Shown here: piece after piece, positions 1 through 12,160 of the stretch
How the letters are laid out: each line of letters starts with the position of its first letter
How positions within the stretch are numbered: position 1 is the stretch's first letter
Origin: Tubulanus polymorphus
Taxonomy: Eukaryota > Animalia > Nemertea
Reading direction: 5' to 3'
DNA length: 64,000 bases
Assembly (NCBI RefSeq): GCF_964204645.1
Contig: NC_134029.1
Span: 18,222,950-18,286,949, forward strand
Program-made: the position numbers and the translations under genes
The notes under the pieces: model-generated
The model's database searches: none
Told to the model about the DNA's origin: nothing
Seen by the model: the letters and a program-made list of their open reading frames with translations, nothing else

Positions 1-332
1 ACATTTGATATCATACACGGTGCAGATTACATCAATCAAAAATAATGTGTATGCCCAAGCATCTGATTTATCCTCTGCAGTGACCTGTCAAAGCAATGAT
101 CACTTCAAGTACAGAGCGCTTAAACTTGATTTGAAAAATATAATGCAAGTACAAAGTGCGGACATTCACAGATCGAAAACCAGCCAGTTCATAGAGAAAT
201 TATATATGCTAGTTGTAAATGCTACATAATATTATCATTATTGTCACTTGGGAGAGGGAAGAGAGGGAGAGTGAGAGGCAGAGAGGGATTCAATTTGCAG
301 TGTTAATCTTACTGGATTCCCGCGTACCTTAC

Positions 333-353
333 CTGAGAGCGAACCTGGCTCTG
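333..353 (-). CDS. Candidate microexon, 21 nt (18 nt from the second AG of a CAGCAG acceptor), of an unidentified minus-strand gene
   Basis: Minus strand reads cgCTAACcagtgctgtctcttgtctctgtacataaaacaCAG|CAGAGCCAGGTTCGCTCTCAG|GTAAGG. It has a branch-point motif, pyrimidine tract, NAGNAG acceptor and strong donor. Both lengths are multiples of 3 and no frame has a stop. Confidence 0.45.
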
Positions 354-674
354 CTGTGTTTTATGTACAGAGACAAGAGACAGCACTGGTTAGCGTGACT
401 AATACATCTAAAGTGCTGATCAAGTTATCTTGATTCATTAGCCGTTACCAGTCAGTCGTCAGAAATATAAAACACGTCGCATAGAAATTGAGTTTCATGT
501 ATGTTTTTCATTCACACACACACACACAGCCATATGCGGAGATCTTAATCCAAATTCATGTTCAAAGCTCACATTTCCTAACGCAAATTATAAGTTATAT
601 AACCAGCGCAAGGAATGATCTTATATCCGGGCGCTAATTTTATAGAACAATTTTCAGAAACCTATTATTGACTA

Positions 675-961
675 AAGCCCAACGCACGCAGCACCGAAAA
701 AACGTTTTTTCCTCGTGAAAAAACGTTTTCGATGTTTTTTGTTATGCCGTGTGCGGGGGAGGCAAAACACAAAACGCCGAACTGAAAAACGTTTTTCGCG
801 AATGATTTGCGAAAAACGTTTTATGTAGTGGAAAAAGTTTTTCGTCCCGTGTCCGTTGAACGTTTTATCGTTTGCGGGCAAAACGTTTTACGAAAAACGT
901 TTTGTGAAAAATGTATTTTCTGTTTCGGCGAAACAAATCTTTTGCCGTGTGCGTTGGGCTT
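675..961. mobile_element. MITE, PIF/Harbinger-like, with internal AAAACGTTTT palindromic subrepeats
   Basis: TIRs aagcccaacgcac...gtgcgttgggctt; many internal aaaacgtttt repeats; non-coding. Confidence 0.75.
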
Positions 962-1403
962 GGTAGTTGACAAAAATTTCTCTGCCTTCATGAGAAGAAT
1001 CTGTAATTCTAAATCTTCAAGAAAAGCCATTCAGATCGCCTAACTTATAAAACTGTAACTGTTAAAACACAGCCTTATAGAAATAAACTGCGCTCCACCA
1101 TTAAGCACTTATTGAAATTTACTGGCATGTGGTCTGGCGCTGTAATTTCTGTTACTGATGTTGATACAAAACCAATTAGGCCAACACAATGAAGCACATG
1201 TTTTCTTCATTCATTGCCAGACAGGTATCTAAGTGTATAAACTATGAGCTACTTTCTCAGCTGCAAACAACTCAGGCCATGGCAACCTGAGTTAATACAT
1301 CCACGCTCAGGCCAAACGGATAAAGCCACATAAAGCCACGGGTAAGCCATGGATAAAGCACTAGGTTCTTTATTGGAATCCCGGCATTCTCTAGGCGCTT
1401 GAG

Positions 1404-1666
1404 CAGGGCGGATCAAGCATTTCCGAAAAGGGGGTGCGGTCTACAACTACTTGGGTCACTACTTAATATGGGGCAGGGTCTGGGTATGCTCCTCCTGAAA
1501 ATTTTCAAAATTAGATGCATTCTGAGCACTTTTCTGGTTGAAATTCGTAATGAAATATGTTCATAATTTCACCATTTTCTAAACAAAAATTCTTGGGTAG
1601 AAAATTCCAAGGTCACTCAAAAAGAATCTCGGGTGTGGGGCTGCGCACCCCTTGGATCCGCCAATA
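1404..1666. mobile_element. hAT-like MITE (CAG-GGCGGATC...GATCCGCC family) with an apparent 5-bp TSD
   Basis: Ends cagggcggatc / ggatccgccaata; flanks ttgag/ttggg; similar termini at 21784, 33678 and 56333. Confidence 0.65.
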
Positions 1667-2382
1667 TTGGGTAAAAATGCGGATACACAGACCATTACTG
1701 ACTGCTTAGTTTACAGCAAACATATCAACATATAGAGTGTCACCTCCATGCTCAGACATCTAAACATGAACCTGGGAGGTTTTCCCTGGTGTAGCTCAGT
1801 CAAATTAGGACACAAATAAACACATACGTTTGTACTTAGTCAAACACATCTCTGACTTGATGAGCGTTACATCAATATTAACCCTCAGTGGCTATGAGAA
1901 AGGATCTTTACATAAGAGATGAGGTTATTAGAGGTCATGTGCGCTATATGGTTGGTATTATTTGCTGTTCTCGAGAATGAAAAAAGCCAGTGACTAGCAG
2001 CAGCGGGGTGTGAAAGATCAATCCGTACAAGTTGCGCTCCATGGCCATCGCGTGTACCATAAAAAAAACCCACAATTTCTATACAAGAATAAGATAATCA
2101 TTTTACAAATACACAGGGCCAGAAATAATTATCTACCAATCTGAAAGCAAAGCTGCTTTCAGAGAAACTGACAATAAGCCTCATAAAGGGGATTCTGGTG
2201 ATTCCTAGGAGATTCTGGAGAATTTGTCGATTCTAGGATTTACTAACACAGGTTTTTAGAATGGTCTTAATTCAATCCCATTCCAATTTAGAACCGACCA
2301 AGCTTTCGCAATGGGAAACAGTCTGTGCTAAAACTGGTCATTTTAGGAATGATCAAGGTCTGTTCAAAATTTTAGAATAGAC

Positions 2383-2413
2383 CATGAACATATATCTAGT
2401 TTATACGTCCATG
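2383..2413. mobile_element. Ultra-short CATG..CATG insert with 7-bp TSD (putative P-superfamily excision footprint)
   Basis: aatagac|catgaacatatatctagtttatacgtccatg|aatagac. Confidence 0.7.
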
Positions 2414-2477
2414 AATAGACCATCTGTATGTATGTGAGTGTGAATGGAAACTTTGCCCTTCAATCACACTGTCATAT

Positions 2478-2512
2478 CAGGGAAGTGTGATGAGACTCAT
2501 CACACTTCCCTG
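2478..2512. mobile_element. Perfect 17+1+17 bp palindromic insert with 7-bp TSD (putative P-superfamily excision footprint)
   Basis: gtcatat|cagggaagtgtgatgag-a-ctcatcacacttccctg|gtcatat; the paralogous host MITE near 6050-6085 lacks the insert. Confidence 0.8.
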
Positions 2513-2731
2513 GTCATATCTAGCTGGACCACTCATAACATCGGATTAAAAAAGGTGGATGTACGCACTGGTTTGGTATTAGAATGGACTTAAATAGTGT
2601 GAACGCGGCTATATGCCTAATCTTTTCTCAGATAATGTATTCCTTGTGATAAAAGCGTAGAACCGTTAATTTCCACGTTTAGCGCAAAGCTATGTAGCTT
2701 CATTAAGGGAGAGATGGAAAATGCAGCTTAC

Positions 2732-2827
2732 ATAATCTGGTTTAAGTTGTGAAGTAGATGTTGATGTGTTGTACCTCGCAACCTTTGATAATCCATATTC
2801 GGTTGAATAAGCAATAAGTATTGGCAT
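2732..2827 (-). CDS. Candidate 96-nt exon of the minus-strand gene
   Basis: Long pyrimidine tract on minus (2840-2990), acceptor actag|atgcc, donor tat|GTAAGC. Open in phase 0 (MPILIAYSTEYGLSKVARY...) and phase 2 (CQYLLLIQPNMDYQRLRG...). Confidence 0.4.
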
Positions 2828-3037
2828 CTAGTCTCACATAGAGATGGAGGGAGGGAAACAGAGGGAACAAATAAACAGGTAATGGGCCAAAATGAAAGAA
2901 GGCTATAGGGAAAAGTGAAGGGAAGCTTCGAAGGGGACTGAGAATAAAGAGGAACAGAACGATAGAGTGAGAGATATCGTAGAGGCATTTAAAAGCTAAA
3001 CTCATTTAAATCAAACAGTATGATAAGAACTCCTCAC

Positions 3038-3097
3038 CACCTACCTGACAACCAACCAAACACTCGATTTCTTGTGTATCTTTTATGATATCATAAT
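3038..3097 (-). CDS. Candidate short exon (60 nt, or 53 nt with the alternative donor at 3045)
   Basis: Minus: cctttctgtacattttag|attatgat...gtcag|GTAGGT or ...gtaggtg|GTGAGG. Only phase 1 is open (YDIIKDTQEIECLVGCQVG). Confidence 0.3.
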
Positions 3098-3315
3098 CTA
3101 AAATGTACAGAAAGGTATAAAGCGATCGTCATTAGATATACTGAAATAAAGCGATAACATACATTAACTCAATAAAAGGTCAAGTCGTCAGGTCACATAT
3201 GACTATGAAAAGGCAATGATGAACCAAACAGAAGCTCTTTTACAATTACACATATTTCACCTTATTGGAAAACCACCTGTGTAGCATAATAAATATATTA
3301 TTGGCATTGAGAATA

Positions 3316-3474
3316 CAGTAGAACTCGGGTTTATTCAGATTTTTCAATCCAGATTTTCATTTAATTCGGATGGAATATTTGGTCCATTTAACACTGAACT
3401 ATGTAAACTATTATTCATAAGAATTCGGGAAAATCTGGGCAGTCCTAGTCATTCGAATAAAGTGAGTTTTACTG
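3316..3474. mobile_element. Tc1/mariner (pogo/Tigger-like) MITE
   Basis: TA|cagtagaactc...gagttttactg|TA; CAGT termini and TA TSD. Confidence 0.75.
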
Positions 3475-5370
3475 TATGAAATAAAAACACACCGCAAAAA
3501 AAGCACATGAACACAAATGGTTGGGGGAGGTTATCTTCACCCAACTGATCTAATATACCAATGATGGTTGCTGTTTATTTACTGACAGGGTCAGACGTGC
3601 TCGATCGAAGATAAGTGCTCAATGAACATATGAGTCATTGAACAAGGAGCCACCGATCACCACTGCTGCCAGGTTATTATCATTATTCCGTTGAATCTGA
3701 AGATTATGCCGGCTATAATTTCATTATTTCAATAAGCACATCAGTAACTCGGTACCGGCACCAGTTCCCTTGGTGATTCGATCGTAATTCGTGTTAATCT
3801 TCAATCAAGGACAAAGCGTCAGAATCTTTTCTCGTCCTTACAGTCTAAACGAACCCCGAGAATCAATTTTCCTAGCGTGATGAATATCTGTATGCTCACT
3901 GGATCTACTGTCAGCTGTTGCCACAGATAACTGTTCTCACTAAAATCCCGAGAAAGAACGAGAAAGAACGGGTCGTTTTTGCATTTATTCCTTTTTGCCT
4001 AAAACTTTTACTGCGTAATTGGACGTTACTGTGATCAAGTGAAACTGAAGTGGATATATTTTCAGTTTAAATACACTCATGAAAGTGATTTGAACGAGGT
4101 GCATAAAAATTGTTGGTATCAAATAACAATACATTTGATTTGACAGCTAAAAATTTCATACAAATTATATGAATAGCACTTCTATGACATTGCATGTAAA
4201 TATTTTTCCACTTTCATAGCTTTCTTTATATTATATATATCATATATAAATATATATATTATTCAATTATATATTTATATATTGTTTTCTGTAGTTTCTT
4301 TATTCTTGATTATGATGAATAGAATAGCTCTAAACTTAAAAACTTGTAAAAAATTTATTTGTGTGGTCATTGAACTATGATGTTGAACAGGCAGCTAGCA
4401 CAATGTACCCGCATATGAACCCACATGCATATTATAACCGTATATGGGATACATAGATTTTTGGATACATGAAAAATGTAATCCTTGCATACGCGAAAGT
4501 CTGGGTAGAGACGAGATTTGCAATTACGAATTTTATCAATGGAAACATGGAAAATTCATCTCTCATCAGGCTGAAATTCCTCTACTGCTTCAGTATCACT
4601 GAAACGAAATGAAACTACTCCAAGCTCAGCGATAATATTCATAAAACCAGACTAGGAATCAAGAATCTGTGGGAAACCATGGAATCCAATTTCTAAACGA
4701 AGTACAATGCAGATACTCAGACACTTTAATGACTGTCAACCAGCAATGATTTTTTCGTTGATAACATTTAGTTTAGTCACCTTTTGACTCAGATTAACAT
4801 ATACAAGCTATACATTTGCTTGATGAATGTTACATCAATATCAACCCTTGATGGCTTAAAGACGAGGGTTATTTTGGCTATCCCGTAAACAGCAACAAGA
4901 TATCGTGACCATGATTTCTATACTAACATAGAATAACTATTCTATAAATAGAAATTACAGGAAATAATTCATCATCTCCTGTTCTGTTAGCAATGCTCTG
5001 ACCTGCTTTTAGGGAAACCAAAAAAGTGTTATAGGGTGGATTCGGAGGGGGGATTCTGGGTTTGACTTATACAAACCACTCCGAGCTATCAAATCTCAAA
5101 AGCAAACCCAACAACCCCTGCCCATACAAAAATAAAACCTGAGCAGATTCAGTGCCTACATGATATACAATGAATTCAGATTAAGGTCAGATTTAGCCAC
5201 TTCAAGGTGCAAAGCAAGGTTCAACAATTCTAATAGATATAGAAATGCACTGATGTATTTTGAAGTCATCATAAAAAGGGCATACGATTGATTTCTAGGA
5301 TTTTGTTTCTGTGTTGTTCAGTCGTCGAGTTATGTAAAAGTGCAGTACTGTCGCGACATAGTTACAATGT

Positions 5371-5491
5371 TCATGTTGCTCTGCTGCAGTGCCGAGAGCT
5401 GATCTTCACTGCAGGAAATGGATTCCACGTCCTTCTCCAACCCGGAAATTTCTGTAGATCGATAATTATTCCGGATGCTCGCTCATCAATT
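5371..5491 (-). CDS. Candidate terminal exon (phase 2: IDERASGIIIDLQKFPGWRRTWNPFPAVKISSRHCSRAT*)
   Basis: Acceptor ttgtttttctgatatag|aattg and higher-GC sequence; no homology recognised. Confidence 0.25.
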
Positions 5492-5707
5492 CTATATCAG
5501 AAAAACAATTACACATGTATGTAATAACCAGCACATATAATGTAACAATGGGGTAATGACTATAGTTAAATAACAATGATCTCTATTATGATAGTTCATA
5601 AATACCAATTAGGTTATTAGCGCTTAGATTTTATATATACATATATATACATATATATATATTACATATACTTTTTACAGTGAAAACCTGACAATGTTCA
5701 AAACCAG

Positions 5708-5806
5708 GGGCCAGTTGTTCAAAAGTTAAAGGTTAAAGAAGATAACCGACAGATAAATATCAATTGTCACTATGTAAACTCAAACCAACTTTTGAGCAAC
5801 CGGCCC
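5708..5806. mobile_element. Harbinger-like MITE with CAG TSD (GGGCCAGTTG...CAACCGGCCC); related copy at about 35378-35510
   Basis: cag|gggccagttgttcaaaagtt...aacttttgagcaaccggccc|cag. Confidence 0.75.
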
Positions 5807-5939
5807 CAGGTTCACAAGATTTGGTTCAGACAAAATTGGTTTATAGTCAACCAGAAAATGAAGTTTCCATGATAAGAGTTCTTAGCCGGATCATCCATAA
5901 CCGCCCAGTCAAAATATGTTATTTCGAATGTTATAAATT

Positions 5940-6118
5940 TGGTTCATTCACGCTAGTGATAAGTCTTTTCATTCTAAAAACAATTATCCAGGTCCGTTCA
6001 AAATCTTACACCAAGAATGGACCATTTCTCTGTATATGAGTAGACCTGTCAATGACAGTGTTGCGTCTAGCTGGACCAGTGATAACAACTGATTTAAAAA
6101 GGTATGAATGCACAGCTA
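5940..6118. mobile_element. Decayed MITE, same family as 2250-2610
   Basis: cattcacgctag...tatgaatgcacagct ends; internal similarity to 2455-2560. Confidence 0.5.
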
Positions 6119-6377
6119 TGCGGGCCAAATTAGAGTGAGCTAACTAGCGAATGCGGGTATGAAGGGATAGCCCTGAATGCCATGATAAAGTGAGGCTGAT
6201 CTAACAGCATGCAGGTATGGAACTCAAAACACGGCTTCGTGCTTTCATATAGAAGACAGTTGATTTTATACATATAACATATAACATTATCCTTTTTAAC
6301 CATATAAAATGGATTTTGGGGCTAAAAGACTCTTAATTTCACTTGTAAAATGGCTGAATCTATGGAACTAAATGCCT

Positions 6378-6572
6378 TCAACAATTACATGTATGGTTAT
6401 AATTTCGGATGGATGTCCATGAAAAATAGTGAGCGAATGCATATCTTTGTGACCAACGAAGCTCCAAACGCATTAAATCTTCATTTTGACAAACCAATGA
6501 TGGCGCCCAGATGACTGCGGTGTCTAGTTTCCAGTTCGGTTCTCTCGGCGCCGCCGCCATCGATGATATAGC
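6378..6572 (-). other. Possible exon in a GC-rich block (acceptor aCTAACcatcgcag|); frame uncertain
   Basis: Branch-point-like ctaac close to CAG; phase 0 is open for 64 codons; no recognisable product. Confidence 0.18.
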
Positions 6573-7378
6573 CTGCGATGGTTAGTTTTTATTGTGTCAT
6601 ACACAAGCACCATTAAACAAATGACAACACAGTATGCATACCATTCATCACAATCAGACTAATGTTGTTTCACTAACGTATCATTTCCGTGGCTGATCAC
6701 GCAGCAGCACAGCGCGGCGCTGCTCTCTCGTTCACGATGATTCGTCGACGAATTAGGCACTGCCGTTATTCACCGAGGTTCTCTAATACACAGGTGACAC
6801 ATGTAAGACGAAATGCTAATATCATTCGATAGATCGTAATAATGGTACATGAAGTGGAATCGTTTCGAAATCCTTATCGAGTACTGGCAGCATCCACTAA
6901 TCTAGAGTGCAGTTACATTAGCCGTGCACGTAGCTTAGTACAGTGATATCGTGTTCTCTCAGAAGCATGTAGTTCGAGGAAACGTGATGACATTTTCTAG
7001 TTCAAGGAAAATTAAGGACATTTTCCAACTAAAAAATTAAAATAAATGCCCAACATATGTCTCCCCGGTAAGTTACAAGTAAACCCTCTTATATGATGGT
7101 TTATTACCAGAGCGACTAAATGGTGCTTGTAGCTCCTGGCACCTATGCGCCGCCCATCATAAAAACGAATTCAAGATGTCCTCCACTATGCTAGCCATTT
7201 TGAAAGAGCAAGAAACTTGATTCGCGATAGATGTTATTTATGGACACATAAAAATTTTAAAGAAAATCACACATCCTTTGTAGTGCGTAAAGCACTAACA
7301 AGTAATTCAAAATGTCTGCCTTGGTGCCCATAATGAAAGAGCGAGAAATATGATTAACCTGTGGACCTACCCCATTAT

Positions 7379-7706
7379 AGCCGCGATCACACAGAGATGA
7401 TTTGGCCCGGGCCAAATTGGTATGGATCAGGCTCGGGCCAAATTTGGCCCGTGCCTAATTAGAGAGCGCGTTCACACGCAAACCATTCACTCGATACTAA
7501 ACAATGCTCAAACAAAGCGAAGTGAATCATTTCCGGTGCCAGTTGCAATTCAAACGCAATCATTAGTCTGGTGCTAAAATTTGGCTCGGGCCTGGTCCGA
7601 CGTTTTTGGTCGGTCCAGATTTAGGTTCGGGCCCATTTGGCACCCGTGTGAACAGTTCTTCTGGGCAAAATTTGGCCCGGGCCAAAAATGCTCTAAGATC
7701 GCGGCT
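7379..7706 (+). mobile_element. PIF/Harbinger-like MITE (AGCCGCGATCACAC TIR; tttggcccgggcc subrepeats), full-length copy
   Basis: tat|agccgcgatcac...gatcgcggct|tat (3-bp TSD); highly similar copy at 60457-60739. Confidence 0.85.
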
Positions 7707-8825
7707 TATGTTTTCCAAGATTATAAGAAATCCCCCGCGTTATTTTGAAGTGTTTTGACTGCTAAAGAGAAGAAAGATTACATGGCACAAGCCCGCACTG
7801 CATGTGTAAAACATAATATTACCCGTACCAGGATGACATAATTTAAAGTGCGACATATAGTTGGCATATTGATACCTACAAATGCTTTACATTAACAATC
7901 AAATACTTGATAATAAAACAAAACATTCATAACCCACCCATCCATAGCTCAGGTAACCGATATTGTTGACTGAATGCTACATATATGCATCCAGTTGATC
8001 AAAACGTTTCTGATAAATAACTGCTTTCTAGTTTTATGTTATTTCGCAATCCTATTAAAAAATTGCGACCAGGCAGTCGGTGACATTTCTGTTTCATCAG
8101 TTCTCTTCAGTAGTAGATAGCAACAAAGAAAATCAATCACTGCAAGCGTTGAAAAAATGTACAGAAAAAAATCTGTAGTAACGTGCAGCAAAGTAATTAT
8201 ACCAACACTGTAATGTATCATGCGCTGGTAAATGTATTGACTAATTACTGTCACATTGTAATAGCTTCAACTGCATGAATAATAAGGGTTTTCTGCCCAT
8301 TCAACAGAAACCCTCTATTCGACTCATATGCCGAACCCATTTCAACACAATATCAAGCATATACTGGAAGTCTTCAGTCTGATGCATTATCCAAATTAAT
8401 TAATCTAATTTGAAGTATTTACGTAACACAGTAATTGTTGTCTTCATGACACTTGACACCCCCTTTATTGCTCACTAGCTCCATTTAAGACCTTTAATTT
8501 CCAACCTTGTAATAAAGCTATTTCCAAAATTTCAATGTTTTAAATTAGGCATCCAAGAAAATCCACCACGATCAGTCGCTTGCCGGTTCAGACTGAATAG
8601 AAGATTGTTTGAATGATCCCGAACTGAATTTCCCAATTATGTACTTCGATTTAAAAAAAAAAGATTCTGTAAACTCGCCCGCCGATCATACAACTATATC
8701 TGTACTTCGATTACTGATTTCAAAATCAAACCCCCTGTTTCGCTCCCGGCAGGTGTGGTGGGTCTGTAAGAAAAATCAGACGAAATTTTACCAAATAAAT
8801 AACAGGGACAATCCCTATTTTAAGA

Positions 8826-8967
8826 TTAAAAAACACCTTTAATATGAGTATCATTTGAATCTTCTAACTGTAAATATGACTGTTGGGCCTTCTCTTGAGC
8901 CAACTGGGTCCGGCGATTTAGCTGGAAGCTGGTAACATCTCCTTTCACGAGTAAACAGATTTCAACA
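8826..8967 (-). CDS. Candidate terminal exon (phase 2: VEICLLVKGDVTSFQLNRRTQLAQEKAQQSYLQLEDSNDTHIKGVF*)
   Basis: Acceptor ggtgcag|t with a weak pyrimidine tract; protein-like composition; the EIxxx[VL][KR]GDV motif and terminal VF* are shared with the 20459-20531 candidate. Confidence 0.3.
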
Positions 8968-10010
8968 CTGCACCATTTATGTATAATGATATAACGAACA
9001 ATCTTTCAATTCCACAAATTCAACACCTATACCAACATATTCAAAATCATATTATGGTACACACACAGCAAGACACATCAAAGCGGCCAGTGATCAATGT
9101 ACATCGAGACATTCTGTATTCATGTCGCATGGGCAGATGTTGTATGATAGCACAGACACACACGCGCGTGAAGAATCAATGTATAAAAATGCATAAATGC
9201 ATAATCGGAAAAGGCAAAAAGAACCAGTATGCGATACAACAAAAAACGATGTAGCTCAGTGTTGACGTTGTCAACCAATGGAATAACCGAATAATGAAAG
9301 CAAAACAAATAAACGAGCATGACGAATGCTTAGAACAAAAACAGATTACTCGTAGATTGGATAGCTCTTCCAATATGTTCCGATATATCATATATTGCCA
9401 AATATATTTAAATCAACAAGTTCGAAAAAAGCTGGCATTGAATGTAGGTGCGTGTTAATTTGGTTCGTTGAATAATGGACCCACCGCAAAGATTTCCTGC
9501 GTCAGCCGCTGTCTTGGGGGTTATTTTCGCCATGCGATAAACCGATTTGAAATGTACAGGAAACTAATTATAAAGCACAACGACTGAATTTACACATTAA
9601 TTGACAATGCAAATCGGTGGCATTCAGATTGCCAGAACTTCATTCACTCACTTAAGCCTGTTTAACTTTCCATTCAACGACAACAAAAAACATGTCAGTA
9701 AAATTGACGTAAGTAAGCAACTCTCTCGTGCTCTCTCTCTTGGCATATAAGTTGAAGTTTCACAATGCACAGATGTATTTCATTCTCGACAATTAAGCCA
9801 AGTGGATGACCATATGTATATGTGTATATACGTATAAATCGTTTCTAGCCAGGTTCATGCAGGCATTTTCACTCCTATCATGGCACGCAAGTGGTAGTTT
9901 TTTTCTGAATTGCCCTTACTAAAACTTACTTTCTAGAAAAGATAAGCACATGCTCATATAGGTCTTGTCTATATTCTAGTTGAACCCCGGTAGAAAACAC
10001 TCAGTAAAAC

Positions 10011-10031
10011 CATGGACTCGAAGAGTCCATG
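10011..10031. mobile_element. 21-bp CATG..CATG hairpin insert with 7-bp TSD (putative footprint)
   Basis: gtaaaac|catggactcgaagagtccatg|gtaaaac. Confidence 0.8.
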
Positions 10032-10427
10032 GTAAAACAAAATATTTCTAGAATTTCAATTCACTGTAATACGGCTACCATGTTACACTAAAATAAGTCC
10101 GTGTTTGTCGTACAAACTGCATTGCCTGTAGAGAGTTCGCATGAACAACTTAAAGTGTTTCCCTCCCAAGTGCCTTTTTCTAAAGATTCACCAATATGAA
10201 GCTTGTTTCAGAAAGGGACAGATTTCATGAAAGAGGCCTCTAGCTTCTTGATGGGCACATAAATACACTGTTTCTGATCAAAAAGGGATTGCACACGCTA
10301 TGAAATCAACTTAAAGCCCTTCGTTGTCTAACATCCGTATGCAAAATTGCCCATTTGGCAAGTTTTGGACCTGGCTATGGCTATGGGCCAGAAGGATGGC
10401 TATGGGCCAGAATTGTGCATGTTCTAT

Positions 10428-10748
10428 AGCTTCGTTCACATAAGCATTTTTGAACAGGGCTAAATTTTGTCTGTGTCAACCAATCACACTAGTACCAAAT
10501 TTGGCCCAACCAAAAATGCTGGACCAGGCTCATGCCAACTTTTAGAAGATTGAATTATTCACATGGCTGCTTACTGGTTCGGGAAGTGACTCACCTCACT
10601 TGCCACTGTATCATTTTGATAGCATTCTAATGGCCAGAGGTGATTTACATGTAAACGTGCTCTCTCATTAAGCGAAAGCTCAATTTGACTGGGGCTTGGT
10701 TGGGGCCAGTTTGACGCGGGCCATTGTCTCACACCCATGATCACAGCT
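10428..10748 (-). mobile_element. Diverged inverted copy of the AGCCGCGATCACAC Harbinger-like MITE
   Basis: tat|agcttcgttcaca...tgatcacagct|tat; internal segments are reverse-complementary to 7379-7706. Confidence 0.6.
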
Positions 10749-11130
10749 TATCGTGTTCACCTGCGAAAATGTATCGTGCTGCATGACGTTACAATTAGAC
10801 TATGGTGACTAGATAAGTCCAGCTGGTTCGAGTCTTTCTGTCACCCGCCGCAAACAAATTGATAATCGACTCAATAATCTCCAGACAAGAGAGGAGATCC
10901 AATGGGGCTGAGAAGCTGATCACCACACACCGAGGTTCAATACAAGGACAAAATGCTCTCTAGAAACCAGTGACACATCACTGGAATTTATATCCAACAT
11001 GAAAAGAAAGAAGTTGTGATTAATGGCGGGAGGCTTTTACATGACAATAACGCGCGCGCACATTCGCGGCTTTCTGTCGGCGGCATGAGAAAAGCTTTAA
11101 ATTAAAGTGAAGAAAAAAAGGTTTAGGCCC

Positions 11131-11146
11131 GGGGGGGGGGGGGGGG
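11131..11146 (+). repeat. Poly-G tract (G16)
   Basis: Read directly from the sequence. Confidence 0.9.
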
Positions 11147-12160
11147 CTTGGTGTCAGTGTTTATCCTCAGTAGTTACTCGTTGAAATAACTGCTTGAAAA
11201 TCGTGTGAACGTCGGTACTCAAATCACGAACCTTGATCCACACAAGATGCTCAGTGCTTAGTTCTTCTGTCCATACAGCAAATTAATTTGAGGAATGGTA
11301 CTGCAATACATGGCTTAGTAAGTGTTGGAAGTACTGGCACTGCCAGATGGCACATGAAACAATAATCAGTTTAAGGTTGACAACTTACTTAGGCTTATTC
11401 AATTGAATTGGTGAAATACTTAGGCTTATTTAATTGAATTGGCGAAATATATGGCGTAACTGAACCGTGCGCATCTTCACTGTAATGCAATAAAAATAAC
11501 AATAATAATAATTATTTTACTTATGTATAGCGCAATAGATACATGCATATATATATATAGCAGCGATAACAAGTTTTCTGTATAGTTGCACCTTTCACAT
11601 TCGAACTGAAGGGAATTACGATAGTTGAAAAAATTTTTTAATTGCCGTGGATACGTATCAGATATCATAAAACTACAGGAAGGTTGTTACTGAAATGGAT
11701 GCTACCCTGACTTGGACTTTTCCATCCTCTTTGACTCATAAATGAAATAGGTCATAATTTGTAAGAATGTAGGGAATGGACTATTTGTGCATGTCATTTC
11801 TTACATTCCAGATGGTGTTCATCGGCAATTCTTTCATGAGAATTAATTCGAAAAAGCCGTACTACACAGGGATCTATGTGTTCAGACGTATTGTTATATT
11901 TCTGTCAGCATTCGCAATGTGATTGGCAGACAGACATCAGTAGTAGAATTTGATAGGAGAATTCAAATGACTGAAAAAACCCCAATAATAATAATAATAA
12001 TCAGCATCACCTAAGGGCTACATTAGCAACAAATCCTTTGTGAATGCAGCTTTTAGCTTCTCTTTGTACTTGAGAACCAATTGAAGTCTATACTAGTTTT
12101 TCATGCGATAAAAACCATCAATCTATATATTAATACGAAACTATGTACCAAATAGCGAGG

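Larger units (their letters stand above)
2250..2610. mobile_element. Decayed MITE (ttcacact...agtgtgaa family); related copies at about 5940-6118, 29950-30265 and 31420-31552
   Basis: Shares the ctagctggacc...ataaca..gatt..aaaaagg segment with the ~6075 copy and has aatggacc subrepeats; boundaries approximate. Confidence 0.55.

Noticed and set aside
672-1043. Three overlapping basic ORFs
   Set aside because: They largely overlap a palindromic MITE with few stop codons.
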